Part shown: positions 31,388 to 40,261 of the stretch, one piece after another
Position numbering within the stretch: position 1 is the first letter of the stretch
How the letters are laid out: every line of letters starts with the position of its first letter
Source: a bacterium
GTDB lineage: Bacteria; Patescibacteriota; Minisyncoccia; Phycocordibacterales; VMGT01
NCBI GenBank assembly: GCA_030697645.1
Contig: JAUYPI010000006.1
Location: forward strand, 12,017-76,016
Length of the DNA stretch: 64,000 nucleotides
Reading direction: 5' to 3'
Notes under the pieces: generated by a model
Database searches by the model: none
Told to the model about the DNA's origin: nothing
What the model saw: only the letters and a program-made list of their open reading frames with translations
Translations under genes and position numbers: made by a program

Positions 31388-32590
31388 TTACTTCGTCCCA
31401 ATCCCCACAATCGTAATCGTCCCATTATGGAACAGCGTCGGCTCGGGTGCAGTGCCGCCGCCGATCGCGTGTATCGCGGGCGCGTACTCGCCGTAGCTTG
31501 CAATGCCGAGAAGCGGCGTATCACGCCCCACGATATCAAGAATAGCGTTGGTTTCGTCTTTGATCATAGCACCGAGGAGTTTTTTGCGTGAGATGCTCTC
31601 AAAGACGAGGAGGAGTTTCAGCGAGACGTGTGAGCGCTTCAAGCGCTCCATCAGGCCCTCGGTCGCGGTGCATGCAGCAGTCAGCGCTTTTTCTTTGCTC
31701 CCGATCATGAGACGAACCCGAGCGCCCTCGGGTATTGCCGCGGCGAGAGTGAGCGAACCGTCTTCTTCTGCCCTGAGGGGATTTCGGATGAGGTACTCAT
31801 CGCTCACGCCAGTGCGGACGCCAAGTGGGTAGCCGAGTGCCGAATGTGCGAGTGGCTCGGCGCGAAGTTTTGATAGATCTTCCCCGAAATAGTCTTCGTA
31901 GATAGACGCAGCTCTCCTTCCCTCGAGTTCAAAAACGCGCGTACCTTCTGCGCGCGTTACTCTCTGCGGTATGCCGACCGGTATCCAGCCGCCTTCGACG
32001 CCGATGCCGAGCACGCATTCGCCTGAGATCGCACAACCGACAAGAGCGTCGTCTCCAACGAGAGCGTCCCGGTACTGGAACGTCCGCTCGAACGTGAGCT
32101 CATCACTTGCCGCCACTCCGGCAGCCGGTATATTCGCACCGAGCACACTCTGCAAGCCCCCGAGCACCTCGGCAGCGCCGCCTCGGAGCATATTAGCGAA
32201 GAGGAGGAGTCCGACGAGCTCCCCGGTGGCGAGTTCCCTGATTTCTTGCCCTACGAGGGCGCCTGCGGCGCGGGCGCCGTTTTTCATGAGCCCCATACCG
32301 GAGGCGAATGTGACTGAGTCGCTCTCGAGCGCGACGACCGCTACCGTCTGGTCAACGGGGCCTTCATTCGTGAGGATCCCCGTGGCTGAACAGCCGACAA
32401 GGGGAGCGTTGCCGCTTGCGTCCCGCACGCCGCGGACGAGCGCCTCCTGGTCGTAGAGTGTAGAAGCGAATACCAAAAGCTGCGTCGGCCGCTCAACCCC
32501 CGCCCTCTCAAGGGCGCTCTGAGCTGCCGCAAAACCCGCTTGGTGCGCGTCGTGTTCTTTGGCGGTGCCGACTCCGACGATGAGAGACAT
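31388..32590 (-). CDS. FIST-domain signalling protein
   Basis: 400 aa. Overall pattern and its position between a receiver and a kinase fit FIST_N/FIST_C sensors. Assigned from memory. Confidence 0.5.
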   Translation of the reverse strand: MSLIVGVGTAKEHDAHQAGFAAAQSALERAGVERPTQLLVFASTLYDQEALVRGVRDASGNAPLVGCSATGILTNEGPVDQTVAVVALESDSVTFASGMGLMKNGARAAGALVGQEIRELATGELVGLLLFANMLRGGAAEVLGGLQSVLGANIPAAGVAASDELTFERTFQYRDALVGDDALVGCAISGECVLGIGVEGGWIPVGIPQRVTRAEGTRVFELEGRRAASIYEDYFGEDLSKLRAEPLAHSALGYPLGVRTGVSDEYLIRNPLRAEEDGSLTLAAAIPEGARVRLMIGSKEKALTAACTATEGLMERLKRSHVSLKLLLVFESISRKKLLGAMIKDETNAILDIVGRDTPLLGIASYGEYAPAIHAIGGGTAPEPTLFHNGTITIVGIGTK

Positions 32591-32605
32591 GGGGGATGAT
32601 GGCGC

Positions 32606-32781
32606 AACCGCTCACGCCTTAAAATTTTGCGCTCGAGCTTCGGCGTTTAGAAATAACAGTCGCCTCATTGACGAAAAACGCATAACTCGCCTGCGGGCTC
32701 AAACAGATGCGTTTTTCTATTCGGCTCCTTTATTTCCAAAACGCCTCTCGCTATGCGCAAAATTTTAAGGCGTGAGCGGTT
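32606..32781. repeat. Long palindrome with perfect 27-bp terminal arms
   Basis: AACCGCTCACGCCTTAAAATTTTGCGC (32606-32632) and its exact reverse complement (32755-32781). Inner arms GAAAAACGCAT/ATGCGTTTTTC. Confidence 0.85.
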
Positions 32782-32801
32782 CCGGCGTGAGAGTGGTTTG
32801 A

Positions 32802-33272
32802 CTACGTAATTCCGAGCAACTGCTCTATCTTCGCCACGATCTCGTTCGGCGATGTGTTCGCTTTGACAGCGTAGTCCGCAGCCCCGATCTGCCTTGCTTT
32901 CTCAAGGTCGTCTCGTTGACCGAGATTGGAGAGAATAAGCACGGGGATATGTTTCATCTTTTCATTCGCCTTGATCTCGCGCAGGAGCACGAAGCCGTCC
33001 TCGCCGGGAAGGATGAGATCAAGGCAAACGAGATTGATCGGCTTTTCGGCAAGGAGTGCGCGACCCTCTTCGACCGTCTCCGCCCGAAAGACGGTAAATT
33101 TCTGATCGTGGAGCTTTCGCTCAAGCATGCCGCCGAGAAACGGGTCGTCTTCAACAACGAGGAGCACAGCGCGAGTCTCCTCAGGTGAGATTTCTCGTGG
33201 AGCATCGCCTGATCCTGCCACACTGTCCGCACCGGGACCGGTGGCGCTCTCTTGAATGCTGTCATCATTCAT
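32802..33272 (-). CDS. Response-regulator receiver-domain protein
   Basis: REC pattern VLLVVEDDPFL ... CLDLILPGEDG ... ADYAVKA. ATG at 33272 (MNDDS) is preferred over the tracked 33398. Confidence 0.8.
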   Translation of the reverse strand: MNDDSIQESATGPGADSVAGSGDAPREISPEETRAVLLVVEDDPFLGGMLERKLHDQKFTVFRAETVEEGRALLAEKPINLVCLDLILPGEDGFVLLREIKANEKMKHIPVLILSNLGQRDDLEKARQIGAADYAVKANTSPNEIVAKIEQLLGIT

Positions 33273-33550
33273 AGAAGTATTGAGAGTATAACAAAGAGAG
33301 CGCACGGCGCACAAGGACACCCCTGTGTATAACGTGCGCTTGACAGGGGATGCAGGCCGCGTTACATTGTGATATAAGGTCAAAATGTTACATGTCAAAT
33401 GTCATGAACTCGGATTTCGAGCCCCGAATATTCGGATTTGGATAAGTCTTTTTTATCAGTTAATTTTTTACGCCGAGATCGCTTCGCACTGTCGTCCGCG
33501 CTCATCGAGGCGTCGGTAATTTCCGAAGCGATTCTCGCGTACCACATAGT

Positions 33551-34741
<1,191 letters not shown>

Positions 34742-34782
34742 CAATGGTAACCACCCACCAATAGTTCTGATTCGATTGGTCA

Positions 34783-34910
34783 AATTTTCAATTTTACAAT
34801 TTCCAATCAATTTTCAATGTGTCAATGACTCAATGACGGGCGAAGTCGTGTTTGAAAATTGGGTCATTGAAAATTCACTGAAAATTGAAAATTGTAAATT
34901 GAAAATTTCG
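34783..34910. repeat. E-family palindromic spacer, copy 9 (inverted orientation)
   Basis: caatgacgggcgaagtcgtgtttgaaaattggg. Additionally flanked by CCACCCACC / GGTGGGTGG. Confidence 0.8.
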
Positions 34911-34949
34911 AATGGGAGAGGTGGGTGGGCTTTTGCTTGATTTTTTGCC

Positions 34950-35318
34950 ATGGTTACTAAATCAACGGCTCCGCGTAAGCGCGCCGCGGCAGCGCGCAAA
35001 AAGGAGGAGGTTTCGCACAAGCTCCGCATTCGCATCCGCGCCTACGAGCACAAGATTCTTGACTCGTCCGTAAAGCAGGTCATGGACACCGCGCTTCGCT
35101 ACGATGCGCGGGTCGAGGGTCCGACGCCGCTTCCGGTTGAGATCAAAAAGTACACAGTCAACCGCTCATCGTTCGTGCACAAGAACGCGCGCGAGCAGTT
35201 CGAGATGCGCACGCACAAGCGCCTCATTGACATCCTCGACCCGGCGCCGAAGTTGATCGAAGCGCTTACGAATCTCACGTTGCCGTCGGGAGTGAATGTG
35301 GACGTGAAGATGATGTAA
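34950..35318 (+). CDS. rpsJ: Ribosomal protein S10 (with basic N-terminal extension)
   Basis: LRIRIRAYEHKILDSSVKQVMDTA ... HKNAREQFEMRTHKRLIDI. Confidence 0.9.
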   Translation: MVTKSTAPRKRAAAARKKEEVSHKLRIRIRAYEHKILDSSVKQVMDTALRYDARVEGPTPLPVEIKKYTVNRSSFVHKNAREQFEMRTHKRLIDILDPAPKLIEALTNLTLPSGVNVDVKMM

Positions 35319-35323
35319 AGGTT

Positions 35324-35436
35324 TGAGCTTTTAGCTTATAGCTGTTAGCTTTTAGGGGTTGTCGCGGCGTGCGCGAAGCACGCAATCGTTAGTCTGTCGT
35401 GCCTCTAAAAGCTATAAGCTAACAGCTAAGAGCTTT
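35324..35436. repeat. AGCTTTTAG-family palindromic spacer
   Basis: Left arm gagcttttagcttatagctgttagcttttag. Right arm ctctaaaagctataagctaacagctaagagct, ending 5 nt before the rplC ATG. Built from 7-nt AGCTnnT words. Confidence 0.8.
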
Positions 35437-35441
35437 TTTGT

Positions 35442-36059
35442 ATGAAATTCATTCTTGCCACCAAACAGCACATGACCCAGCTCTTCGACGAGGACGGGCG
35501 TGCATACCCGGCGACTCTACTTACCGCTGGGCCGGTTACCGTGACGCAGACGAAGAGCAAAGAGCGCGATGGCTACCGTGCGGTGCAGGTGGGTTTCGGG
35601 GCTCAGAAAGCGCAGCGGCTCTCGGCGCAGCAGCGCGGGCACCTCAAGGGGCTCGGAGCGTTTCGGACGCTCCGCGAATTTCGCTTAGCCGAGAGTGAGG
35701 CCGCGCTTGAGCGCGGCGCGATGCTCGACGTCTCGCAGTTTGCTCCGGGAGAGCGCGTGCGGGTCTCCGCTACATCGAAAGGCAAGGGCTTTCAGGGAGT
35801 GGTGAAGCGCCACGGATTCAAGGGCGGGCCGAGGAGCCACGGCCAGAAGCACTCGGAGCGCGAGCCGGGCTCGATCGGCGGCGGGGGGCGAGCCGGCGGC
35901 CGCGTCGTAAAAGGGATGCGCATGGCGGGCCGCATGGGCGGCGATCGCGTCACGGTGCGCGGTCTTCGGGTGCTCGCGGTGGACCCCGAAGCGCACGAGC
36001 TTCTCCTCCGCGGCGCGGTCCCCGGGAGGCGCGGAACGCTTGTTGAGGTGAGGGGATAG
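35442..36059 (+). CDS. rplC: Ribosomal protein L3
   Basis: 205 aa. KGKGFQGVVKRHGFKGGPRSHGQ. Confidence 0.9.
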   Translation: MKFILATKQHMTQLFDEDGRAYPATLLTAGPVTVTQTKSKERDGYRAVQVGFGAQKAQRLSAQQRGHLKGLGAFRTLREFRLAESEAALERGAMLDVSQFAPGERVRVSATSKGKGFQGVVKRHGFKGGPRSHGQKHSEREPGSIGGGGRAGGRVVKGMRMAGRMGGDRVTVRGLRVLAVDPEAHELLLRGAVPGRRGTLVEVRG

Positions 36060-36575
36060 AGGACTCTGCATGGATTTTTTCAAAATAAGGAGAGAAAATA
36101 TACCGCCGAGCACTATAGCATAATTGCTACATGGCTCGAGCGGATAGCGGTATTGCTTCTTGCTTCGCTTGTAGTCCAAAAAATTGTTTCCGGCAGCTCG
36201 TTTGTTGACACGAGCGTGGCAGGTGGGGTTTTATTGTCAGGGGTTGTGTACTACGCGGCGCTTTTATTTTTACAGAACTCGTAGTATAGTACTCGTATGG
36301 TCTCGCAACTTCTCATTTATATTGGGGGGGCGCTCATTGCGGTGATGTTTATTATTTTGGCGTATCCAATGGAGGGAAAACATGGGCATGGACGCAGTTG
36401 ATAAGTGTATACGAGAATGATATAAAGATTCATCCCCCGCCCGGAGGCGGGGGATCGTGTGAGGGGTGTGAGTAAGAGGCGTTGATGTCAGTTTGCCGCT
36501 TTTTTGGAAATCGAGCTTATCTCTGTCCAATAAAAATGACCATCACCCCTGGTGTAACGGCAAGTGGCGTAAGCA

Positions 36576-36719
36576 TTATATGCTGAAGAAAACACCTCGT
36601 GGGCAGTCGTACACAGTACCGTCTTTCAGTGTGATAGATGTTGGCTCCTTTCAGTCGGCGGTACATCCGACAACAAGTAACGCGAGCAATGCCGTAGCGA
36701 TACAAAACACTCTTTTCAT
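36576..36719 (-). pseudogene. Small lipoprotein (YgdI/YgdR-like) interrupted by an in-frame TGA
   Basis: MKRVFCIATALLALLVVGC|TAD, then TGA (36651-36653), then in frame KEPTSITLKDGTVYDCPRGVFFSI and TAA. Lipobox LVVGC. GGAAGGG lies upstream. Confidence 0.35.
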
Positions 36720-36809
36720 CGGTTTCCCTTCCATGTGATGCGAGTTATGTAGGCCAGTCTGGCTAGACCGACGTTTCGGGTTTCTACACGGAGAATTATA
36801 CAAAAATTT

Positions 36810-37475
36810 ATGCATGTCAAGTCTTATAGCCAAACAGGTGCAGAAGCGGGGACCATTGATCTTCCCGATGCCGTTTTTGCTCTGCCGTGGAACGCGGACC
36901 TCGTGCACCAGGTCGTGGTCGGCATGCAGGCGAATGCGCGCACGAATGTCGCGCACACCAAGGGTCGTGGCGAGGTGCGCGGCGGCGGGAAAAAACCCTG
37001 GAAGCAGAAGGGCACCGGCCGCGCGCGGCATGGCTCGATCCGCTCACCGCTCTGGAGGGGCGGTGGGGTGACGTTTGGTCCGACGAACGAGAAATCATAC
37101 ACACAGAAGATCAACCAGAAGATGCGCGTGAAAGCGCTGTTCACCGCGCTCTCGCAGAAGCTACGCGACGGCGAGATGCTTTTTGTGGACTCGCTCACGT
37201 TTCCCGCTCCGAAGACCGCCGACGCGAAGCGCACCGTGACGGCGCTTGCAGGTATTGAAGGGTTCGGGCGGCTCGCGACGAAGACCCGCAACACCGCCCT
37301 CCTTGCGCTCGCCCGTCGCGACGAGGCGGTCGAAAAAAGTTTCCGCAACTTCGGCAACATCAGTACGGTTGAAGCCCGCAACTTGAATCCGGTAGAGGCG
37401 TTGAAATATAAATATATAATCTTTACCGAACCGAGTGAGGTGTGTAAGATACTTGCCGAGCGACAGCGGCAGTAA
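36810..37475 (+). CDS. rplD: Ribosomal protein L4
   Basis: 221 aa. HTKGRGEVRGGGKKPWKQKGTGRARHGSIRSPLWRGGG. Confidence 0.9.
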   Translation: MHVKSYSQTGAEAGTIDLPDAVFALPWNADLVHQVVVGMQANARTNVAHTKGRGEVRGGGKKPWKQKGTGRARHGSIRSPLWRGGGVTFGPTNEKSYTQKINQKMRVKALFTALSQKLRDGEMLFVDSLTFPAPKTADAKRTVTALAGIEGFGRLATKTRNTALLALARRDEAVEKSFRNFGNISTVEARNLNPVEALKYKYIIFTEPSEVCKILAERQRQ

Positions 37476-37480
37476 GAGAA

Positions 37481-37613
37481 TAATTTCCAATTTTCAATTT
37501 TGCAATTTTCAATCAATTTTCAATTATCTAATTTTCAAACACGAACGTCGCCGTGATTGAGTCATTGAAACATTGAAAATTTATTGAAAATTGAGCATTG
37601 AAAATTGAAAATT
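37481..37613. repeat. E-family palindromic spacer, copy 10
   Basis: Same architecture with core cacgaacgtcgcc. Ends 6 nt before the rplW ATG. Confidence 0.85.
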
Positions 37614-37619
37614 TCACCT

Positions 37620-38027
37620 ATGGCTTTCTTCCGCAAAAAAATACAGACATCCGAGATACCCGCGACCGCAGCGGCGCGTGACGATGCGCCACAGCACGCC
37701 CCCGGTGTTTCGGAGCACAAGCGCGCTAGTGCGCCTCGGCTCGCCTCACGTCGGTCTCTCTCCGACGTCCTCATCCGCCCCCGCATTACCGAAAAAGGCA
37801 CGATTGTCTCCGCGCACCGAGCGTACGCCTTCAACGTCGCGCCGTGGGCGAACAAGTACGAGATTGCCGCGGCGGTCCGCGCGACGTATAAGGTGACGCC
37901 AGAGAAGGTCACGGTTGCTCGCATTCCCGCAAAGGCGCGTTTCGTGCGTGGCAAATGGGGTACGAAAGTCGGAGGGAAGAAAGCGTATATTTTCCTCAAA
38001 CAGGGAGAGAAGATAGAGTTTGTCTAA
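37620..38027 (+). CDS. rplW: Ribosomal protein L23 (with N-terminal extension)
   Basis: LIRPRITEKGT ... AFNVAPWANKYEIAAAVRATYKV ... KKAYIFLKQGEKI. ATG 37620 is preferred because the tracked start lies in the repeat. Confidence 0.85.
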   Translation: MAFFRKKIQTSEIPATAAARDDAPQHAPGVSEHKRASAPRLASRRSLSDVLIRPRITEKGTIVSAHRAYAFNVAPWANKYEIAAAVRATYKVTPEKVTVARIPAKARFVRGKWGTKVGGKKAYIFLKQGEKIEFV

Positions 38028-38029
38028 TT

Positions 38030-38106
38030 TTACATTTGACATTTGACGTTCGATCCTTGCAGGGACATCCGTCGTGGTCAAATGTTAATTGTCAAAGGTC
38101 AAATGT
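38030..38106. repeat. ACATTTGAC-word palindromic spacer
   Basis: tacatttgacatttgac ... gtcaaatgttaattgtcaaaggtcaaatgt between rplW and rplB. Confidence 0.7.
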
Positions 38107-38157
38107 TGGTATTGGTTGAACTTCGGCATTAATTTTTGATTTTTGCATTAAGCATCT

Positions 38158-39003
38158 ATGAAAAGTTATCGTCCCACCACCCCATCCCGCCGCGCCATGT
38201 CGGTCGTGTCATATAAAAATACGCTGACCACCGCGCGGCCGCTGAAGCCGCTCGTCCGCGGCGGCAAGCGCCACGTTGGCCGAAATAAGGATGGCCGCAT
38301 CACCGTGCGCCACAAAGGCGGCGGCCATAAGCGGCGTTTTCGCGCGGTGGATTTTAGCTACGATAAGCATGACATCCCGGCGCGGATCGAGCACCTTGAA
38401 TACGACCCGAACCGCTCCGGCTTCATTGCGCGCCTCCTCTATGCGGACGGCGAGCGGCGCTATATCCTCGCGCCGCAGCGCGCAGCAGTGGGGGATAGCG
38501 TGCTTATCTCCGAGAGCGCGTCGGTTGTGACAGGAAACAGACTGCCGCTCGGAAAAATTCCTGTCGGCGCGTTTGTCCACGCGATCGAGCTCAAGCCCGG
38601 GGGCGGCGCGCGCCTCGCGCGGTCTGCCGGAAACTACGCGGAAGTGGTTGCGCAGGAGGGCGGCTACACGCACCTCAAGATGCCTTCGACTGAAATACGA
38701 AAGGTGCTCGGGGGCGCATGGGCTTCAATTGGTGAAGTCTCGAATTCCGAGCACCGTCAGAGAGTGTTCGGCAAGGCGGGCCGTTCGCGATGGCTCGGGA
38801 TTAGGCCCACCGTGCGCGGCAGTGCGATGAACCCAGTTGACCATCCGCACGGCGGCGGCGAGGGCCGCTCCGGCCGCGGCCGACGCCGTGCGGTCTCCGC
38901 GTGGGGAAAGCCCACCGGCAAGGGCCACAAGACCCGCCGTGCGAAGAAATACTCAAACGCCCACATCATCTCGCGTCGTCGTGTTGGCAAGAAACGTGGA
39001 TGA
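38158..39003 (+). CDS. rplB: Ribosomal protein L2
   Basis: 281 aa. GRNKDGRITVRHKGGGHKR ... VRGSAMNPVDHPHGGGEGR. Confidence 0.95.
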   Translation: MKSYRPTTPSRRAMSVVSYKNTLTTARPLKPLVRGGKRHVGRNKDGRITVRHKGGGHKRRFRAVDFSYDKHDIPARIEHLEYDPNRSGFIARLLYADGERRYILAPQRAAVGDSVLISESASVVTGNRLPLGKIPVGAFVHAIELKPGGGARLARSAGNYAEVVAQEGGYTHLKMPSTEIRKVLGGAWASIGEVSNSEHRQRVFGKAGRSRWLGIRPTVRGSAMNPVDHPHGGGEGRSGRGRRRAVSAWGKPTGKGHKTRRAKKYSNAHIISRRRVGKKRG

Positions 39004-39011
39004 CGTGTTTA

Positions 39012-39080
39012 GAAAGTGGAAGGTGGAAAGTGGAGAGTAGACAGCGGCAACCAAAAACGAAAACCCACTTTCTACTCTCC
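39012..39080. repeat. GGAAAGTGG-word repeat plus 10-bp hairpin
   Basis: gaaagtggaaggtggaaagtgg, then GGAGAGTAGA (39031-39040) pairing with TCTACTCTCC (39071-39080). Confidence 0.6.
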
Positions 39081-39090
39081 CGTATGTTGT

Positions 39091-39534
39091 ATGGAACATC
39101 AAACAATCGCGGTGAAGGCGATGTGTCTTTTTGAACACGAAGGTAAGGTGCTGCTCTGCCGCGGCTACGATAAAGTCAAGGACGAGCACTTTTACCGGGT
39201 ACCGGGCGGGCACGTTGAGTTTGGGGAGCGGGCGGAGGAGGCGGTACGACGCGAGATTATAGAGGAGCTCGACTCGGAGATAGAGGATCTTGTGTTCGAG
39301 CGCGTTGTTGAAAACATTTTTGAATACCAAGGGGCGCCCGGACACGAAATCGTTTTCATGTATACCGGCCGCCTCGCGAACTCCGTGCTCCACACAAAAG
39401 ATGTGATTTCCTACGCCGAACATGACGGCTCTCAACACGAGGCAGTGTGGATTCCTGCGGCGGACATCCTCTCTGGCGCTGCACGCACCTATCCGACGTG
39501 CGATTATCGTTCCCCTTTGACGCAAGGAATTTAA
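39091..39534 (+). CDS. Nudix hydrolase
   Basis: Nudix box GGHVEFGERAEEAVRREIIEELD. ATG 39091 is preferred over the tracked 39016, which lies in the repeat. Confidence 0.8.
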   Translation: MEHQTIAVKAMCLFEHEGKVLLCRGYDKVKDEHFYRVPGGHVEFGERAEEAVRREIIEELDSEIEDLVFERVVENIFEYQGAPGHEIVFMYTGRLANSVLHTKDVISYAEHDGSQHEAVWIPAADILSGAARTYPTCDYRSPLTQGI

Positions 39535-40198
39535 TAAAAAGTGTTGGAAAAATATCGCGCGATTACGCTTTTTTTGTTGAGGCATATCTTTGTCTGATCG
39601 AACCAGGACGCGCACCACTCGGAAGTTTTGTTTTCTACCCCTTGTTTTTTGGTCCACTTTTTTGCAATAGCAATGCGACCGCTTTGTTATTGCAAATTCT
39701 TTAGACAGTAGACACGGTACCCCTATGCTGTACGTGAGACCCGCCCTGACAGAGTGTCGGGGCGGGTTCGGTGCAGGACACCTCCTTCCTGCTAAACCGC
39801 GTGGTGTCCGCGAGAGCGAAGACTGCGACAGAATAACTGATTTACGATAATTTACAATCGTGAATTATTGTAAATCGTATCTATGTGTCACGGCGGGTAC
39901 ATACACGGCAGTACTTGTGTAGGGTAAAGCACGCGTCGTCACGTCGTTGCGTCACGTCGTCACTATTGACGTTCTTTATTTTTTGATTGCTGGTGGGACC
40001 GAGGGCGTTCGCTCTCATCGTGTCCTTTATGTAGATACGCTAAAGGACATTGCGGTGTGTCCGATAGAAATCAATCAAAAAAGACGTAAAATTGTATGCA
40101 CGCAAACCTGACATAAAATAGGCTCGAATGTCCTTTAGAACATGCCTTTCCACCAAACAAAAAATGTTTTCTAACGATGAAAAACGCGGGTTTCTTCA

Positions 40199-40226
40199 TT
40201 GACAGCGGTGTCTGGCTCATTAGAGT
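40199..40226 (+). promoter_or_regulatory. Putative sigma70-type promoter TTGACA-N16-TAGAGT
   Basis: TTGACA at 40199-40204 and TAGAGT at 40221-40226, 35 nt upstream of the 40262 ATG. Confidence 0.4.
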
Positions 40227-40261
40227 GTGGTTACTTTCGGATTGCGTCCGCTCCGTAACCT

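Noticed and set aside
36651-36653. Genome-wide TGA reassignment (code 25-like)
   Set aside because: Several confidently identified genes, such as nrdJ at 4289-4291 and rpoA at 12760-12762, terminate at TGA at the expected protein end. TGA is therefore a stop in this genome, and the single in-frame TGA is treated as local.
39715-39830. SRP RNA / 6S / tmRNA / RNase P in the structured region after the Nudix gene
   Set aside because: None of the conserved boxes I know were found on either strand. These include the SRP domain IV GGAA-AGCAG arrangement, the tmRNA tag region or CCA end, and the RNase P GAGGAAAGUCC box.
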